64,000 nt of DNA, taken from the NCBI GenBank assembly GCA_903813345.2, contig CAIIXF020000001.1, positions 6,448,001 to 6,512,000 on the forward strand, given 5' to 3'. The notes under the pieces are model-generated. The model was not told where the DNA came from and searched no databases. It saw only the letters and a list, made by a program, of their open reading frames with translations. The stretch's first letter is position 1. The number at the start of each line of letters is the position of its first letter. A program made the position numbers and the translations under genes. Source of the DNA: Owenia fusiformis. Its lineage: Eukaryota. This document shows positions 58,213 through 64,000 of the stretch, one piece after another.

Positions 58213-61200
58213 ATGGCTTTACATGTTTCAATGCAATTTATTGCCACTTGTTGGATTGCAGTAGGTACCGCCGTACCATTGGCAGGAAGTGCCATTTCTT
58301 CGACTGTTGCTAATGAAGAGGTTCTCCCACTTGCCGATGATGGGCTGATGATAGGTGCGTTTAACATCCAGGTGTTTGGGAAAACTAAACTAGCTAAACC
58401 TGGCATTGTGGACATTCTTGTGAAGGTTTGTGGTTCATATTTCCTTTCTTTTATTTTGCCAGTTTCCAATGATACTCTGTACGTAGTGTGGGTACAAAAG
58501 GGGGTTTTACCTTGCATATAAAATCGAAACGCCAACCTATACGTATGACCAATCGCCCATACAAATAGTTGCGAAAAACATTGCAAGCTTAAACTCCCTA
58601 TTACTACCGTTTATCAATTTGTTTAAGCAGACAGGCACATGATATCAGAATGATTCTTCAGTATAGTAATTTAATACATTTTTAGATCAAAGCACTAAAT
58701 CAATCCGCACAATAACATTTTATTCCGATTTAGATCATCGAGCGTTATAGGGCATGTTCAAGTAATTCCAATTTTCTGAATTGCAACGCTTTTCTTAACC
58801 AAGGGCAAGTTATGACCACAAAAGAGGGACGAGTATTGCGGGACTATGGCATCTGCTGCACAACTTCTTGATTTTCCTATGTCTTGACACTTTTATCAGG
58901 TTTTTGTAGATCGTCCAACGATATGACATCTTATTGATCCAAGAAATAAGAGATTCAAAAAATGAGGCCATCTACGAGCTCTTGGAGAAAGTAAACAAGT
59001 AAGATCTATAATGCATATTGAGCATATCATAATATCAGTGTCATTTTATTATATTCATTTAATTTTCAAATATTACAATTATTTTGAATAATACTCCTTG
59101 TAGCTCCCCTTATTTGTAACACAAAAAGCTACCACAAATAAAATGGAATAGTAATAAGATGAATGATATGTCCATCATTCTGTTACACACCATGTCGCTT
59201 TTCTGGCAACAAAAAAGAAGTCTTCGGTCCTTTATGCCTTCGTGTCTGTGATTAAGTTTGTTTTTGTTTTTGTTTTTGACAATCAGTGCAACAGTGAGAG
59301 AGAAGGGGGGCAATGCTGCTAATGTTGAGGCAGAAGATGATGTTAAAGGTGTTTATGATGTGATTGTCAGTCAAAGACTTGGGCGAACTAGTTCGAAGGA
59401 ACAGTATGCATATATGTTCAGGTAATATAACCAATAAGTCTATGAGATTTGAGGTGACACCAGTGACACTTTGAATAAATCTTTCTGACTGTCTATCTGA
59501 CCTGTCTATAATTTCACTGATTCAGGAAAGACAAGGTTAACGTCTCCGATGTTTACCAATTTGACTTCCCCTGCATTAATGCTACAATGCTTAATACAAA
59601 ACTGTCTCCTAAAGTGGCGAAAGAAGAACAAACAGAATGTACAGATTTATTCGAAAGACCACCATTTGCCGTCAAATTTAGCGCACCAGGAGCAGGTAAT
59701 ATATTCCTTGGAAAACTATTTCAAATTCCATTTTTCACTGCAGAGTTCAATACCATGGTATTCCTTCAGTCATATGCAATACCTTGATATATCAAGGTGT
59801 GCGGATTCGAGATATTATAAATTACTTTTCATGGAAAACTCACTCTATTTGGTTTCGAGGCAAAAACAATACAATACAATTTTATAATACAGTACAATGT
59901 GATACCTGGGTGTGATACTTTTTATCTCTTTAGGTATACCTGTATTTGGTATGATTGGCATCCATACATCCCCTTACAAAGCAAAAGGGGAGGTGGATGC
60001 ACTAGTTCAGACATATGATGAAATCAGCGCAGCTTGGGACTTGAAGGTAACCCACATTATTTTAGAATTATTGGTCTTAAATAGTTCGATTGTTTCCTGT
60101 CGTGCTTATCAACTATTTGCTTTAAAATATCTTGTATGTATGTGTAGACTTCAGTTAGTGATTTTCGAGTATATTCATTCTCAAGTAGAAGTTTTACGAC
60201 TTTGGTATCTATTGGGTAATTCGTCAACGTGCAATCCTTCATGTAAATTGTTTTGTTAACTTAAGGTAGTTTTGTATGTTCATAAACGTTAATGGCTTCC
60301 TATTTTCATGGACACATAACCACGGGCTACTAGAGTTTCCACGTATATGGAGTATGACCGGTTCTTAGGCTACGAATATGACCTGTTTTAGAAAGTCATG
60401 AGAGGCACAGCTGCTTAAAAATTAAAAATAAAGGTTAACTTCTATATTATCCTTTTTGAAATTGTGTTTGTTGAATATAGTTTATGCTGTATTTAATAGT
60501 AATGTAACAAAAAAATGTTAAACATGAGCTATTTCAGCAATGTAACTGTTCATAATGGAATATCAATCAGAAAGTACAGATTTCTCGCCTTAGAGCCAAA
60601 TCATTAATACCACAGTAGAAAAAAAACAAATCCCAAACCTTTTTATGGCTTACCTGAACAAGATCTCCAAGTCTCAGTTTATATGATCCCCGTAGAGTGA
60701 GCAAGAGAAGGATTTATCTTTTCCCGGAGGATACGCTTGTGAAATGTCATGGAAACGAGTTAAACACGGCCCACTGATTGTTTCACAATCGTATTCTCCA
60801 ATAATGGGGCACCAGTAACATTCGTATTCTCAAAAATTCAAAGATGTATCATATTTGGACAGAGCAGGCTAAATTATTTAAAATATTCATGACTAATTCG
60901 TAGATCTAGCTATATATTATACATAAGATGTGTCATCCTCTTCGGAGTTGCGTTGTGTTACACAAAAACTGATCAAAGATGCTGGAAACTAGGATTTTAC
61001 GGCTTCAATCTAATATTAATACGTTTTCTTTTGATTAAGGCCCCTTGTGATATGCCTGGCATTATAAGTATAACAAGTATCATTCATTGACCAAGTAGGA
61101 TAAAAAGAAAACTTTCGAAAGTGTTCATAAAAAGCAAGTACTCACCTCGTCTGTTTATAGGAACAGAAATACGGTCACACTCGTAAGCTTAGAACCGGTC

Positions 61201-64000
61201 ATACTCAATATACGCGGATACTCTAGTAACCCGTGCATAACTCATTCCATATGTGGTCTACAACCAATTTCTAGCCGGGGACAAAGCGTGCGTAAAGAAA
61301 CCTAGATTATTTGTTTCACATACCAATATAAAAGGAGAAAATTCAATGATTTACATTTTTCCTTTTAAAAAGTAGGTCAGTGAATTTTCTGAATTTTCAT
61401 ACAATACATTAACCCTCAACTAATAATCTAGGCACACGTATATACTCTTCTAATTGAAAGATCTAGACCATGTATGCAATTATTTATCGATTCCTGAAAT
61501 TAACACGGGACTCCACAGGAAAACATTAAAGTTATTCTGGACTTAAAAAAACATAAAATAGTCAGAATAGCACATTCGAACTTTAACTCTGTTTTAAACA
61601 ATTTGATAAAACAAAGCCTTTTATAATGCTTACAGTATTATATGATTGTGGTAAGAGGACCTTTAATTATCGACTGCACTGTCTCGTTGATGTATAATTT
61701 GGTCCATCTAGGATATAATAGTAGCAGGAGACTTCAATATGGGATGTAGATATGTGAGGTCATACCAAGATGGAAACATCTCCCTCTACACAGATGACAG
61801 GTTTACATGGCTAATTGACAGGTGTGCAATCACAACAGCATTTGGGGCGGATTGCCCGTATGATAGGTAGGTAAAAACAAAATCATAATCCTCTTGGCCC
61901 GACTTTTTATGGTTGTACCATTTGTCTCTCCATACGATTGTTGGTGAAATTTCACGAATGACATATATACATGTAAGATTAGATAGTATATACAACCTAG
62001 AAAAGATAAACCTCTTCAAAAACGTGACATTCTGCATTGCACGTTATCCGAGTACATGTGATTTTGTTCTTAGGTTTGTTGTTGCTGGTGACAAGTTGAA
62101 GCAGCGTGTAAATGAGAAGAGGATAGGTGTCTACAGATATGATAAAGAAATGGGTCTGGATCCTGTAATGGTAACTAATGAACCTATCTTAACAGCAGAT
62201 ATAATACCAGGTTTACTAGCCATTTGGTGGATTGAACCTGGACATATCCTTCAGAATGTTGTCACTTGATTTTGTATGAAAAGATTCATATATGAGCCTG
62301 GCCATTGGAAAATTGGTCTTATCACAAAAATTAAAAATTGTGCTACAGAGCCAAAAATGTGCCCACGATTAAGAGGAAAGTGTGCTAAATTCAAATCCGA
62401 CTTTTTGGTCTATATATGCAAGAAAAAGTGTTAAGACAAAAGCAATGGCTCATTTGAAAGGTCTCTTTGTGGTTTTCAAGATAAACAAAAAATCGGAATA
62501 TTGAAAAAATCTGTGATAAGACTCCTTTTCCCGTGGCCTGGCTCATATCTTAAAGTCAGAATATAAAGAGTGATAAACCTGCAAGCAACATGTTGCATTG
62601 TATTCCTTATGACCTCAAATATAATATCTCCCAATAGATCCGGGATATGCTATACATTGGTGAAGTTATTTAAAATTCAAAGTGCAAACATGGAGGGGGT
62701 TCAAAATAAAGTATGCACTTTGGAGATAGAAAATAGATATGACATAGAATGATACGATATGAGCCAGAAATGTCCTGAAATTCAAACGATTTTTTATTGT
62801 TGAGGTTGCTCGCAGATCTGATACAACCTTTAAGTCCCTAGACCAGTAGACACTGGTTTGGTGCATTGAATCTCAGGCAAAATGGAAATCATCTCATTTT
62901 TTATATTTATGATCAACATGTGCAAACAAATATTTATTTAACGTATAGACGGATGTAAAACAAGATAAACAATATTATAACTGATTGCTCAAACGAGAAT
63001 AAACATAAAATCATAAAATTAACCATAACATAAACCATAAAATTGACTTATGCTGAGATGCAGAGTGGTAAATTAATATGGTTCAATAAATGTCTTTCTC
63101 AACTTTGCCCTCCACAAGGCTACATAACAAAATGAACTTTATTTATTCACATCTAGGCTAAAGAACTCAGAAATCATAAGTAAAATACCTCGATTTGCAC
63201 ATGAGAAATCGTCCAAGAATTCCCGCCAATTCAAAATTTCTTTTATGTATGATCTGGGATACTAAATTCCAAGGTATGATAAAGATATAGATGTCCTAAA
63301 CGTAACGAGAATTCGCATTTTCTCATGAAAATGTTAAGACTCATTCATCTGTTCATAATACTTTATTTTCATTTCAGACTCGAAAAGTCAGTGATCATTT
63401 TCCAGTTGAAATGGCAATTGAAGGAAGACGTAAGTCATCTGTTTTTATCTTCCCATAGAAACTCTTGAATATCATAGGCCATACGAGTGTACACTGTGCA
63501 GATATTACGAAAACGACTGACTTCTCTGGCTGTTTATTAATATTCGTGGTGGTTTCTCCATTGGTTCCTTATGCCACATCACATGTCTATATTTCTCCAA
63601 ATTAATTTTCAGGCAATTACAAGAATTCGAGAGTGACTTCATCATTTGCATACAGCCTTGAGTTCACCCCTATTGATGTAAGCAATCTGGACAAGGTGAA
63701 ATACATGGCATCTGCAGTACGTCGGAGTAGGGCATATTATGACATCAGTATCCTTGGGGATGGAGAAAACGATGTGATGTTCACAGCAACAAAGCAAAAA
63801 TATAGAGGCTCTGTCTACAGGACAGTGAAACTGTTCTCATCTAAATTTCCCGGCATTTTGAGCAATGAAGTTCTGGCAACACTGAAGTCCGTTTTGGACA
63901 GTAATGTGTTAAATGAAGAGCGCTATATATATGGTTCATCTGAGAAACCAGCAAAAGATCATAACATTGATATTTCTTGCCAATTCATCTCACCATTTAA
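58213..64000 (+). CDS. Secreted DNase I-family endonuclease with C-terminal extension (3' incomplete)
   Basis: Exons 58213-58425, 58910-58998, 59287-59421, 59526-59695, 59934-60046, 61712-61866, 62074-62170, 63378-63429, 63613 to beyond 64000; phases consistent. Hydrophobic N-terminus, then IGAFNIQVFG, YDILLIQEIRD, LGRTSSKEQYAY, FERPPF, IGIHTSP, GDFN, CPYDR, SDHFPVE (both catalytic His present). Confidence 0.9.
62294..62544. mobile_element. MITE with GAG...CTC ends (Sola-like)
   Basis: Imperfect TIRs of about 33 bp, gagcctggccattggaaaattggtcttatcaca / tgtgataagactccttttcccgtggcctggctc, with ATAT on both sides. Confidence 0.6.

Overview
AT-rich, intron-rich eukaryotic (animal, probably invertebrate) DNA with no prokaryotic features. 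I reconstructed four protein-coding genes by hand from splice sites and reading-frame continuity. (1) ABCD3/PMP70, a peroxisomal ABC half-transporter (minus, 11902-26727, about 663 aa). (2) Head-to-head with it, a SMARCA2/4 (brahma/BRG1) SWI/SNF ATPase (plus, 30266-46793, about 1535 aa). (3) A two-exon orphan class A GPCR (minus, 48908-54500). (4) A DNase I-family gene with an extra C-terminal region that runs off the window (plus, from 58213). The main result is that both divergent neighbours carry tandemly duplicated, frame-locked exons that look mutually exclusive. ABCD3 has three versions of the exon for TM5 and the following lumenal loop; brahma has two versions of the exon carrying the ATPase Walker A motif. 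The introns between these alternative exons contain long complementary stems that could control exon choice. The remainder is non-autonomous DNA transposons (Transib-, P-, Kolobok-, hAT-, Sola- and Helentron-like), tandem repeats and one tRNA-like element. Gene names rest on my recollection of homologous sequences. No database search, RNA-seq or folding computation was run.
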